From contig CAVUQH010000002.1 of the NCBI GenBank assembly GCA_963743525.1, positions 288,001 through 352,000 of the forward strand: a stretch of DNA of 64,000 bases, written 5' to 3'. A model generated the notes under the pieces. That model did no database searches. It was not told the origin of the DNA and saw only the letters and a program-made list of their open reading frames with translations. The position numbers and the translations under genes were made by a program. Positions 22,059-34,908 of this stretch are shown one piece after another. Each line of letters begins with the position of its first letter. The stretch's first letter is position 1. This DNA comes from an uncultured delta proteobacterium (GTDB taxonomy: Bacteria; Myxococcota_A; Polyangia; Haliangiales; Haliangiaceae).

Positions 22059-23407
22059 GACGTTTTTTCGCCCTCGCCGTGGCGCTCACGCTGGCCGCGG
22101 CTCTGCGCCCCGCCGGCGCCTACGAAGCCGCCACCACCCACGCCGGGCTCACCGAGCAGGCGGCGATGCACTCCAAGCTGCACGATCGGCTGCGCAAGCA
22201 GTTCGGCTACGACCGCGGCCTGCTGCAGCAGCTGATCATCCCGCCCGCCGACGCGCCGGCGCTGTTCGCCGTGCTGCGGCTGAACAACCCCGCGCACGGC
22301 TTCGTCCCCGACGGCCGCGGGCGGCAGTCGGCTCTGTCGTGGCTGGTCGCCGGCTCGGCCCTGGCCGATAGTCCGGCGGCGTTTGCCGACAACCACTACT
22401 TCGATCCGCTGACCGGCAAGGGCTTCGACAACCATCCGTCGGCTGTCGACTGGGTGACCGACGCGAAGAACCCGATGGGCGTCACCGGCTTCCTCGCCCA
22501 GTACGCCAAGGCGGTGCGGGCCAAGACCCCGGGCGAGCGCGAGCGCCACCTGGCCGGCGCGCTGCTGGCCGCCGGCGCCGTCCTCCACGTGCTCGAGGAC
22601 ATGGGCTCGCCGTCGCACGTGCGCGACGACCACGAAGCGCACTTGCAGCAGGTGGGGCCCGACCGCCACGACGTCGGCTCTCGCTTCGAGCGCATCGCCA
22701 GCCTGGCCTATGGCCGGCTGGGCGTGCCCGAGCCAACCGCCGAGGTGACCCGCGACGACCTGCGCTCGTTCTTCACCGCCAAGGACGGCAAGGGTCTGGC
22801 CGACCTCACCAGCCGCGACTACTTCTCCGCCGACACTCTGCCCCGATCGATCGATCTCGAAGGTCGCGTGGGCAAGGACGAGCTCGGCCGCCTGCTGGCC
22901 GCCAGTGTCCGCCGGCCCGCGCCGGTGCCGCTGCCGCAGCTCGATCTCATCGGCGCGGCGCGCGGCGCGGTGACGCTGACCGGCGAGCGCGGCGAATGCC
23001 TGGCCCGCTACCGGGTCGAAAAAGCGCGCCTGCGCTTCTCCACCGACGACGACTGTGCGCTCGAGCAGCTGGCGCTGCTCCTGCCGCGCACCGGCGCCTA
23101 CGCCACCGGCCTGCTCGACTACCTGTTCCGCGGCCAGCTGGTGGTCTACGCCAAGCCGAGCGGCGTGTCGGCCGCGGTCGCTGGCGCCGCTGCCGGCGCC
23201 GGCACGCTGGAGCTGTTCTGGGACGACGCCAGCGGCGTGCGCACGTCGCTGGGCTCCATCAAGGTCAGCGGCGCGAGCCGCGGCAAGCAGCTGGGCAAGG
23301 TCGGCCAGGCCCCGCCCAAGGCGGTGCGCGTGGTCGCCCTGTTCGAGGGCGTGGACGCCAAGGGCCAGCCGCTGGTCGCCACCGGTCAGCTCGCGCTGAA
23401 GCAGTAG
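22055..23407 (+). CDS. Secreted protein with Zn-dependent phospholipase C / S1-P1 nuclease-like motifs
   Basis: Signal ending AGA; mature N-terminus YEAATTH; HYFDP; LHVLEDMGSPSH. Confidence 0.6.
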   Translation: MRRFFALAVALTLAAALRPAGAYEAATTHAGLTEQAAMHSKLHDRLRKQFGYDRGLLQQLIIPPADAPALFAVLRLNNPAHGFVPDGRGRQSALSWLVAGSALADSPAAFADNHYFDPLTGKGFDNHPSAVDWVTDAKNPMGVTGFLAQYAKAVRAKTPGERERHLAGALLAAGAVLHVLEDMGSPSHVRDDHEAHLQQVGPDRHDVGSRFERIASLAYGRLGVPEPTAEVTRDDLRSFFTAKDGKGLADLTSRDYFSADTLPRSIDLEGRVGKDELGRLLAASVRRPAPVPLPQLDLIGAARGAVTLTGERGECLARYRVEKARLRFSTDDDCALEQLALLLPRTGAYATGLLDYLFRGQLVVYAKPSGVSAAVAGAAAGAGTLELFWDDASGVRTSLGSIKVSGASRGKQLGKVGQAPPKAVRVVALFEGVDAKGQPLVATGQLALKQ

Positions 23408-24328
23408 CTAGCCGATACGCCGGGCCAGCTCGAGCACGGCCACGTCGCGCGGCGCCAGTGCGCGCGCCAGCGCGACGTGCTCGCGCGCGGCCTCGAGCTC
23501 GCCATCCTCGAGCGACTGCGCCGCCGCCTCGCGGTGGACGGCGACCAGCTCCGGCGCCCGTGACAGCGCCCGATCGGCGGCCTCGGCGCGGGACGCCTCG
23601 TCGTTCATCACCGCCGCCAGCCGGGCTGCGTGGGCCCAAAAGAACGGCGAGTGCTCGTACGCCGGGTTGGCTGCGGCGGCCTCCCTCATGTCGCTGACCG
23701 CAGCCGGCAGATCGCCCAGCCGCTCGGCGATACGCGCCATGTCGAACCAGGCCCAGGAAAAGGCCGGCCGCCGCGCCAGCAGCTCTTCCAGCTCGTCGCG
23801 CGCGCGATCGAGCTTGCCGTCGCGGACCAGCGCCCGCGCCAGGCGCCAGCGCGGAGCCGGGGCGCCCTTGTCGCGGTTCAGGATCTCCTCTTCGACCCGG
23901 ATCGCGGCGGCCGGCACCAGGTCGCCATCCTCGTCGAAGACGCCGTCGCGGAACTCGCCCTCGTCGTCGATCAACACCGCCTGACCCAGGACCCAGCCGA
24001 ACAACCAGCGGTCGAGTGCGCTGCCCTCTTCCATCCACTCGCCGCTGTCCTGCTCCATCCGCCAGACCGCGCCGGTGTCGCGGTCGACGGCGAGGTCGTC
24101 GCCCTCGACCTCGCCGATCATCCACCGGCTGCCGTCGACCACCGCCTCCCGCGACGACACCAGCACCAGCGCGCCGTGGAACAGCTCGCCGCCGTCGAAG
24201 ACGTGCCACACCGCGCGCAGCCCGCTGGGCAGCGCGGAGTCGAGCACCGCCTGCGGGGACTCCACGCGGTGGACCCCGTCGGCGTAGCGCGCCAATCGCT
24301 CGCGAACCCGTGTGGCCGCGTCGCTCAC
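23408..24328 (-). CDS. SMI1/KNR4-like domain + TPR protein
   Basis: ALPSGLRAVWHVFDGG, then IG...GD.LAVD..TGAVW; TPR-like helices in the C-terminal half. Confidence 0.6.
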   Translation of the reverse strand: MSDAATRVRERLARYADGVHRVESPQAVLDSALPSGLRAVWHVFDGGELFHGALVLVSSREAVVDGSRWMIGEVEGDDLAVDRDTGAVWRMEQDSGEWMEEGSALDRWLFGWVLGQAVLIDDEGEFRDGVFDEDGDLVPAAAIRVEEEILNRDKGAPAPRWRLARALVRDGKLDRARDELEELLARRPAFSWAWFDMARIAERLGDLPAAVSDMREAAAANPAYEHSPFFWAHAARLAAVMNDEASRAEAADRALSRAPELVAVHREAAAQSLEDGELEAAREHVALARALAPRDVAVLELARRIG

Positions 24329-24334
24329 GACGAC

Positions 24335-26374
<2,040 letters not shown>

Positions 26375-26486
26375 GGCCCGGCCCTCGAGGTGCGGTTGCG
26401 GTTCGGCGCCCGCTGGCGCAGTCCCCCTCTAAACGGGCTGAAACGTTACTAAATCAGCGGAGAACTGGTCAAGCTCGCGCGCCCGC

Positions 26487-26663
26487 TTACAGAACGGTCG
26501 TCAACGTGGGCCCCGGACCGGGCCCCGGAGGCTGCGGCTGGGCGCGCTGGGACGGCCACAGCGCGCGCTCGATGGAAGGGCCCCAGATCGCGGCCACCCC
26601 GACCCCCGCGATGAGGATCAAAGAGCCAATGATCACGATGTCGTGCCACCAACTGCGCCGCAT
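26487..26663 (-). CDS. Small single-TM hypothetical protein
   Basis: MRRSWWHDIVIIGSLILIAGVGVAAIWGPSIERAL, 58 aa, preceded by GCGGGCGGG; upstream of the ATPase gene. Confidence 0.55.
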   Translation of the reverse strand: MRRSWWHDIVIIGSLILIAGVGVAAIWGPSIERALWPSQRAQPQPPGPGPGPTLTTVL

Positions 26664-26724
26664 GTGCCCGCCCGCTTGAACAAAGCGTAGCACGGGCCCG
26701 TCGACCCGGGGCATGATGTCCTCT

Positions 26725-27309
26725 ATGCACGGAGCCCGCGCCGCCCGCCGGCTGGTCGTGGCCACCTGCGCCCTGGCGCTGGCCCACGCCGCCCCGGCCG
26801 AGGCCAAGAAGAAGGACAAGTACTACTACGAGGTCCACGACGTCTCCCTGGCCAAGGGAATCCCCGACGCGATCTCGACCGCCGTGGCCAAACAACTGGC
26901 CGAGCGGATCGCCGCCAACCCCGAGCTGCTGGCCCAGCTCGACGGCGCGCCCGACCCCGAGAAGACGCCCAAGAAGTTCAAGCGTTACTTGAAGATAAAG
27001 CACCTTCGTGCTTTCAAGGTCAACGTCGAGGTGACCGCCTACAGCCACGAGCTCGAGCCGATGCCCGAGCCGCGCCGCGGCCAGTACCTGACCGTGTCGA
27101 TCGATCTCCACGCCTTTGGCGAGACCATTCCCGACCGGGTGATGGCGTTCACCGGCAACGGCAGCGCCACCGTCAAGCTGGAGATCGGACGCAAGGTCAG
27201 GGATCGCGACTCCGAGGCCGCCAACCACGACGCCATCGAGATGGCCATCGACAAGGCGCTGGCCGAGTCGATCAGCAAGCTGCGCAAGGGACCCAAAGCA
27301 AAAAAATAG
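26725..27309 (+). CDS. Hypothetical secreted protein
   Basis: Signal peptide ending AEA; typical GC3-rich codon use. Confidence 0.75.
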   Translation: MHGARAARRLVVATCALALAHAAPAEAKKKDKYYYEVHDVSLAKGIPDAISTAVAKQLAERIAANPELLAQLDGAPDPEKTPKKFKRYLKIKHLRAFKVNVEVTAYSHELEPMPEPRRGQYLTVSIDLHAFGETIPDRVMAFTGNGSATVKLEIGRKVRDRDSEAANHDAIEMAIDKALAESISKLRKGPKAKK

Positions 27310-27347
27310 GTCGGGCCCCGCGCGGCGCCGGCCGCGGGGCCCCGCCG

Positions 27348-28259
27348 GTGCGCGCCGTCGCGCTCGGCCTCTATCCCGGCACTGCCGATGGCGACTACGA
27401 CCGGATGGTCAACGAGATCGCCGCGGTCGGCGCGACGCACGTCGCCCTGGTGGTCAGCTGGGCGCAGCACGACGTGCGCTCCGTGCGCATCGGATCGCGC
27501 CGGGACCAGACCGTCCCCGACGCCCTGGTCCAGCGGCTGGCCGACCGCGCCCGCGACCGCGGCCTCGCCGTCATCCTGTTCCCCATCCTGATCCTCGACC
27601 GCAACCGCCCCGGCGAGTGGCGTGGCACCCTGCGCCCGACCGACCCGGCCGTCTGGTGGCGCCAGTACGAGGCGTTCATCCTCCACTACGCCGACCTCGC
27701 CGCCGCCACCAGGGCCGATGTGCTGTTCGTCGGCAGCGAGCTGGGCTCGACCGAGGGCTGGCGCGAGCGCTGGCAGCACCTGGTTGGCCAGGCCAAGCGG
27801 CGCTTCACCGGCCGCATTGCCTACAGCGCCAACTGGGACCACTACCAGAAGGTCAGCTTCTGGCGCCGGCTGGACATCCTCGGGGTCACCGGCTACTTCG
27901 AGCTGACCCGCGACCACGACGCGAGAGTGCCCGAGCTGATGCGCGCCTGGGCCGTCGCGCGAAAGGCGCTGCTGGCCTTCGCCGCCGCGCGGCCCGGCCC
28001 TGCCCTGTGGCTATCCGAGGTCGGCTACGTCAGCCGCGACGGCGCCGCCACCCGACCCTGGGACTACACGCTGTCGGCCAAGATCGACCTCGAGGAGCAG
28101 CGACGCTGCTACGAGGCGCTGCGGCGAACCTGGACCGGCACCACCGAGTTGGGCGGCGTGGTCATCTGGAACTGGCTGGGCACCGGCGGCCCCCGCGACG
28201 GCGGCTACACCCCGCGAGGCAAACCCGCCGAGCGCGAGCTGCGAACCTGGTTCCGCTAG
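27348..28259 (+). CDS. Glycoside hydrolase family 113-like TIM-barrel protein
   Basis: WRGTLRP, VGSEL, YSANWD, GYFEL, LSEVGY, YTPRGKPAE. Start uncertain. Confidence 0.75.
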   Translation: MRAVALGLYPGTADGDYDRMVNEIAAVGATHVALVVSWAQHDVRSVRIGSRRDQTVPDALVQRLADRARDRGLAVILFPILILDRNRPGEWRGTLRPTDPAVWWRQYEAFILHYADLAAATRADVLFVGSELGSTEGWRERWQHLVGQAKRRFTGRIAYSANWDHYQKVSFWRRLDILGVTGYFELTRDHDARVPELMRAWAVARKALLAFAAARPGPALWLSEVGYVSRDGAATRPWDYTLSAKIDLEEQRRCYEALRRTWTGTTELGGVVIWNWLGTGGPRDGGYTPRGKPAERELRTWFR

Positions 28260-28310
28260 CCGGACGCACCCGAGCGAGGGCGAGACGTACTCGCCCCCGC
28301 CCCGGCCCGC

Positions 28311-28628
28311 TCACCGAATCAGCACGAACAACGTCGCCGTCACCCGGTCGAAGCGATCCATCAGCCCCGCGTCCAGCGCCTCCACATAGCCCATCGCCTC
28401 CGCGACCCGCAAATTCGCCACCGTCTCCCGCGCCGAGCCCAATGCACTGTCGTACCGCGCCCGCCGCGTACCGCCCCGACTGCCCTCGCCCTCGGCCAGA
28501 TTCAACACGATCGACATCGCCGACCGCCGCAATTGCCTGGCCTGGTCCTTGTCGTACGTCTCGATCTGCCCGGCCAGCCCCCTGACGTCACGAACCAACT
28601 CGATGCAAACAGCCTGAATACGAAGCAT
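28311..28628 (-). CDS. Four-helix-bundle protein (23S rRNA-IVP/bAvd-like family)
   Basis: QLRRSAMSIVLNLAEG...ALGSARE family signature; AGGAGAGG RBS before ATG 28628. Confidence 0.9.
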   Translation of the reverse strand: MLRIQAVCIELVRDVRGLAGQIETYDKDQARQLRRSAMSIVLNLAEGEGSRGGTRRARYDSALGSARETVANLRVAEAMGYVEALDAGLMDRFDRVTATLFVLIR

Positions 28629-28664
28629 CCGATCCTCTCCTTGCGAAAGTGAGGCATCCCCACC

Positions 28665-28748
28665 CGCCCAGCGCGCAGGCGGGGTCAAGAGCGCGAAGCG
28701 GCGCGCGCTCCGCGCGCGCGAACTCTTGACGCCGCCGAGCACTGGGCG
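28665..28748. repeat. Long imperfect inverted repeat (hairpin) upstream of the four-helix-bundle gene
   Basis: cgcccagcgcgcaggcggggtcaagag (28665-28691) pairs with ctcttgacgccgccgagcactgggcg (28723-28748); inner gcgcgcg-ctc-cgcgcgc stem. Confidence 0.85.
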
Positions 28749-28836
28749 ACGATCGAAACTCACGAGCGCGAGCCAGCCCCACCACCGCGGGGAAGCGAGC
28801 CGCAACCCCGCAACCCCGCGGCCCCGGTCCCAGCCC

Positions 28837-29340
28837 CGGAGACGGACCCAGACCCACACGCGGAGACGGACCCGGAGACGGACCCAGACCCGGACCCGGA
28901 CCCGGACCCGGACCCGGACCCGGACCCGGACCCGGACCCGGACCCGGACCCGGACCCGGACCCGGACACGGACACGGACCCGGACCCGGACCCGGACCCG
29001 GACCCGGACCCGGACCCGGACCCGGACCCGGACCCGGACCCGGACCCGGACCCGGACCCGGACCCGGACACGGACCCGGACCCGGACACGGACCCGGACC
29101 CGGACCCGGACCCGGACCCGGACACGGACCCGGACACGCCCCCGGACGCGGACACGGACGCGGCCCCGGACACGGACACGGACACGCCCCCGGACGCGGA
29201 CACGGACACGCCCCCGGACACGGACACGGACACGGACACGGACACGGACACGGACCCGGACACGCCCCCGGACGCGGCCCCGGACACGGACACCGGCGCG
29301 GACCCGGCCCCGGACGCGGAGACGCGCCCCCGCCCCCGCC
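28837..29340. repeat. ~80-unit hexanucleotide tandem array (GGACCC core; GGACAC, GGACGC, GCCCCC variants)
   Basis: Near-pure (ggaccc)n over ~28890-29120, degenerating at both ends. Confidence 0.97.
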
Positions 29341-29341
29341 C

Positions 29342-30532
29342 CTACTCGACCAGCTTACCCATCCGCTGCCACTGCTGCCCGCCGGCATACGACGGCCGCG
29401 TGGACCACCAGATGAACAACGCCTTGCCCTTGATGTTCTCGATCGGCACCGGGCCCCAGATCCGCGAGTCGCTCGACTGATCGCGGTTGTCGCCCATGAC
29501 GAACACGTGATCGGGCGGAACCACGTACTCCATCTCGCGCTGGCACTTCCCCGGCGCAGCCCGCTCGTTCACCTCCACCAGCTGCCCCTCGGCAGCGCGC
29601 GTCTGCGCCGGCGTGCGGCCCGGCTCGTCGGCGCCACGACAGCTGGGCTGGATGAAGGTCTCGCCCGCGCGGTTGACCCGGCGCCACCGGGTCGAGCTGT
29701 CGGGAAAGTCGTGCGGCCCGGGATCATCTCGCTTGGGTGACCGGACCGGGTCGTAGTAGGTGGTGTACGTGGCGTCGCCGTGGTGCTCGATCCATTTGCT
29801 GCAGCGACAGCTGGCCCACTGGTCGCCGGGCTTGGCCTTCGGGCACAGCAGCGACCCGTCGCGCGCCTGCTTGCCCACGCCCTGGGCGATCACCTCGCCC
29901 TGCTCCTCGAAGTCCCAATAGGCGCACGGGCTGGGGTCCAGCGTCTGCTGCACCTCTTCGCCGTTGACGAACAGCGTGTCGCAGCGGATCTCCACGTGGT
30001 CACCAGGCAGCGCCACGATCCGCTTGATGAAGTCCTTCTCCGGCTCGCACGGGTAGACGAACACCGCCACCTCACCGCGCCGCGGCTTGCGCCAGTCGAA
30101 GATCTTGGTGTTGGTGAACGGCACCCGCACGCCGTAGAGGAACTTGTTGACGAAGATGTGGTCGCCGATCTGCATGGTCGGCACCATGCTGCCGGACGGA
30201 ATCTTGAACGCCTCGATGACGAAGGCGCGCAGGAGCAGCGCGATCATCACCGCCATGCCGATCGACTCGGCGTACTCGCGCAAGGTCAACTTGCGGGCGA
30301 ACGACAGGTGTTCGTCGACCAGCTCGTCGAGGACGACCATGTTGGCGCGCAGCGCATCGCCGTCGCCCTCGTCCGCCGCGGTCGCCACCGCGTTCAGCCG
30401 CGCGCTCATGCCCTCGGCGATCGAGGTCGGCAGCCGGTCGCGGTGCCGGCGCAGACCGCGGCGAGCCTCGCGCGCGAGAGCCCTGGCTTCGCGGCGAACC
30501 TGGCGGTCCATCCTGGCAGCAGAAATCGCCAT
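29342..30532 (-). CDS. lepB: Signal peptidase I (paralog 2, Cys-rich insertion)
   Basis: FKIPSGSMVPT, DFIKRIV, MGDNRDQSSDSR. Confidence 0.93.
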   Translation of the reverse strand: MAISAARMDRQVRREARALAREARRGLRRHRDRLPTSIAEGMSARLNAVATAADEGDGDALRANMVVLDELVDEHLSFARKLTLREYAESIGMAVMIALLLRAFVIEAFKIPSGSMVPTMQIGDHIFVNKFLYGVRVPFTNTKIFDWRKPRRGEVAVFVYPCEPEKDFIKRIVALPGDHVEIRCDTLFVNGEEVQQTLDPSPCAYWDFEEQGEVIAQGVGKQARDGSLLCPKAKPGDQWASCRCSKWIEHHGDATYTTYYDPVRSPKRDDPGPHDFPDSSTRWRRVNRAGETFIQPSCRGADEPGRTPAQTRAAEGQLVEVNERAAPGKCQREMEYVVPPDHVFVMGDNRDQSSDSRIWGPVPIENIKGKALFIWWSTRPSYAGGQQWQRMGKLVE

Positions 30533-30536
30533 CTCG

Positions 30537-31937
30537 TCAGCGCACGATTTTGCCCACGCGTTGCCACAAGACGCCACCCGCGCGGGCCGGCTTCTGCGAC
30601 CACCAGATGAATAGCGCCTTGCCCTTGATGTTCTCGATCGGCACCGAGCCCCACTTGCGCGAGTCCTTGGAGTTCTCCCGGTTGTCGCCCATGGCGAAGA
30701 CGTCGCCGTCCGGAACCACATAGGCGACCTTGGGACCACACGGTCCCGCCCCCGGCGCATCGGCCGGAGCAAGCTTCAGGTGGGCGCGGGCGGCGTAGCG
30801 CTCGTCGGCTGTGATGTCACCGTCGGACGCCTTGCAGGTGGCCGGGTCCGGGAGCCACGACAGCACGTCGGCGGCCGACAGGCAGTCGGCGATGCGGCAC
30901 CACGGCTCGGCGCGGTATTTCTCCGACAGCTCGTGGGCCAGTGCCGCCGGCGACTCGCCCTGCAGTACCCGCCGCACCGCCGCCATCTTGTCCGGCCCGG
31001 ACGGCTCGACCGGGGTCCCGTCGGGCGCCAGCGCGTCGGCCATCCCCGGTCGCGGCAGCGACGGGAAGTCGTTCTCGCCGTAGTACAGCTGTTCCTCGCC
31101 GTGGCCCGGCCGCGACGGCAGATACGACCAGTAGGTTGCCCCCGTCCGCGGCTGCGCGCGCCGCTCCTCGCGCACCGGGCGGTCGGCGTCGTAGTAGACC
31201 AGGTCGGTCCGGCCCGACGGCAGATGCTCGGTGTACGCCGCCGCCGGACACAGGCCCCAGTGGTCGCTGTGACCGTAGTACTGGCACTTGGGGTCCCAGC
31301 CGTTGGCGTTGAAATCCCAGTAGGTGACGTGCGGGTCGGCCAGCGTGGTGTTGACCGGCTTGCCGTTGACCCACAGCTCGTCGCAGCGGACCTCGACGGT
31401 GTCGCCGGCGACCGCAACCACCCGCTTGATGTAGTCCTTGTCCGGATCGCACGGGTAGCGGAAGACGATGACGTCGCCCCGCTCCGGCTGGTGCCAGTCG
31501 AAGATCTTCTTGTCCGAGAACGGCAGCCGCAGGCCGTAGACCAGCTTGTTGACGAACAGGTGGTCACCGACCTCCATGGTCGGATACATCGACCCGGACG
31601 GGATCTTGAACGCCTCCAGCACGAAGGCGCGCAACATCAGCGCGATGATCACCGCGGCGCCGATCGACTCGACGTACTCGCGCATCGGCGACTTGCGGGT
31701 GAACGCCAGGTGCTCGTCGACCAGCTCGTCGAGACCGACCAGCTCGGTGCGCAGGACGTCGCCGTCACCGCCGGTGCGCGCCGCATCCAGGGCGTCGGCG
31801 CCCAGGCGCAGCTGGTCGCGGATCCCCGGCGGCACCCGGTCGCCGTGGCCGCGCAGCCCGCGACGCGCCTCCTTGGCCAGCGCGCGGGCCTCGCGCTCTA
31901 CGCGGCGGGCGATGCGGCTGGCGGGCATGACGGCCAT
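30537..31937 (-). CDS. lepB: Signal peptidase I (paralog 1, large Cys-containing insertion)
   Basis: FKIPSGSMYPT, DYIKRVV, MGDNRENSKDSR. Confidence 0.93.
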   Translation of the reverse strand: MAVMPASRIARRVEREARALAKEARRGLRGHGDRVPPGIRDQLRLGADALDAARTGGDGDVLRTELVGLDELVDEHLAFTRKSPMREYVESIGAAVIIALMLRAFVLEAFKIPSGSMYPTMEVGDHLFVNKLVYGLRLPFSDKKIFDWHQPERGDVIVFRYPCDPDKDYIKRVVAVAGDTVEVRCDELWVNGKPVNTTLADPHVTYWDFNANGWDPKCQYYGHSDHWGLCPAAAYTEHLPSGRTDLVYYDADRPVREERRAQPRTGATYWSYLPSRPGHGEEQLYYGENDFPSLPRPGMADALAPDGTPVEPSGPDKMAAVRRVLQGESPAALAHELSEKYRAEPWCRIADCLSAADVLSWLPDPATCKASDGDITADERYAARAHLKLAPADAPGAGPCGPKVAYVVPDGDVFAMGDNRENSKDSRKWGSVPIENIKGKALFIWWSQKPARAGGVLWQRVGKIVR

Positions 31938-31948
31938 GGATCGGCTAC

Positions 31949-33748
<1,800 letters not shown>

Positions 33749-33812
33749 GGGGGCGCTGCTGTCTACCATACTCGCGGGCGCCGCACTCGCGGACGGCGCG
33801 CCTGCGCAGGAT

Positions 33813-34004
33813 TCATTCGGGGCGGCGCTCGAACGGCAGCGGGGCCTGGCCGGGCAGGAGATCGGCGTACTTCTCCAGCACGAGGTCGATTCCCTGGCGG
33901 ATGTACTCGGCCATGGGCACCTTGGTCCGCTCGTTGAGCTGCTTGAGCAGAGCGTCCTGCTCCGGTGTGATGTACACCGTCGTGGAGACCTTCTTCCGCG
34001 ACAT
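33813..34004 (-). CDS. Ribbon-helix-helix DNA-binding protein
   Basis: [13 protein letters not shown]...[15 protein letters not shown]. Confidence 0.85.
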   Translation of the reverse strand: MSRKKVSTTVYITPEQDALLKQLNERTKVPMAEYIRQGIDLVLEKYADLLPGQAPLPFERRPE

Positions 34005-34121
34005 TTGCCGTTACCATACGTGGCACTACGTGCGCGGTCAATGTGACCGGCGCCAAGCCTGCTCGGTCCCGTGATCCGCTCCGCTTGCACGCGCCCCCGG
34101 GTGCGGCTACGCTCTTGAACC

Positions 34122-34908
34122 ATGGGAAATCACTTGGCCTCGTCCGCCCGCGGTCGGCTCATCGCAGTGGCGCTGGGCGCCCTGGCGTTGGCACCCGCGG
34201 CGTGCGGCGGCAAGAGCAAGCAGGTTCAGAACCCGTCCGAGGTCAAGGGCGACACCTCGCGCCCAGGTACCGGAGGTCGATCCCAGCCTGTGTGAGGCCG
34301 AGGGCAAGGACGTCGAGAGCTACGACCTCAACGGCGACGACAAGCCCGACGTGTGGAAGCTGTTCAAGCTCGAGAAGGACAGCACCGGCGGCACCTCGCG
34401 CATCCTCACCTGCAAGCAGGCCGACCTCAACTTCGACGGCAAGAAGGACTACGTGGTCGCCTTCAACGACCAGGGCGGCATCCTGTTCGAGAAGTTCGAC
34501 TTCGACTTCCAGAAGGGCTTCGACGCCTTCTACAAGTACGAGGAGATTGAGGGCGAGAAGGCCAAGAGCGCCCTCTACGAGGTCCAGCGCGACTCGAACT
34601 TCGACGGCAAGTACGACATCGTCGAGAAGTACGACACCAAGACCGGGCAGCTCACCGAGGTCCAGCGCGACACCAACGGCGACCTCAAGCCGGACGTGTG
34701 GGAGCAGTACGAAAAGGGCGAGCTGGTCGCCATCCTCTACGACGACGAGCCGTACGACGGCAAGGTCGACCGGCGCGAGGAGATCAAGAAGGAAGAGGAC
34801 GACAAGAAGCCGGCCGACGCGACCAAGGTCCCGGCCGGCCAGGACGCGGCCGCGCCCGCAGAGGGCAGCGACAGCGCCGCCGCCGGCGACCAGCCGGCGT
34901 CCAAGTAG
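34122..34908 (+). CDS. Lipoprotein with DxNxDG Ca-binding-like repeats (frameshift near 34265)
   Basis: MGNHL...LALAPAAC lipobox in one frame; EVDPSLC...[36 protein letters not shown] in the next. Confidence 0.75.

Noticed and set aside
26487..26663. Flp pilin call for the small TM peptide
   Set aside because: Lacks the G|xxxxEY prepilin motif.
27313..27345. GC-rich hairpin after the 26725-27309 gene
   Set aside because: Probably a simple terminator-like stem; no U-tract on the plus strand and nothing else distinctive.
28311..28628. Diversity-generating retroelement or 23S rRNA intervening sequence
   Set aside because: No reverse transcriptase, TR/VR pair or rRNA gene in the window.
28837..29340. 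CRISPR array
   Set aside because: Contiguous 6-mers with no unique spacers; no cas genes.
28588..29415. Poly-TR, poly-GP and poly-SG ORFs
   Set aside because: Automatic consequence of a stop-free hexamer array; no convincing RBS or coding context.
34122..34300. Selenocysteine or readthrough at the early TGA of the lipoprotein
   Set aside because: The downstream coding sequence is in a different frame, so an indel explains it.
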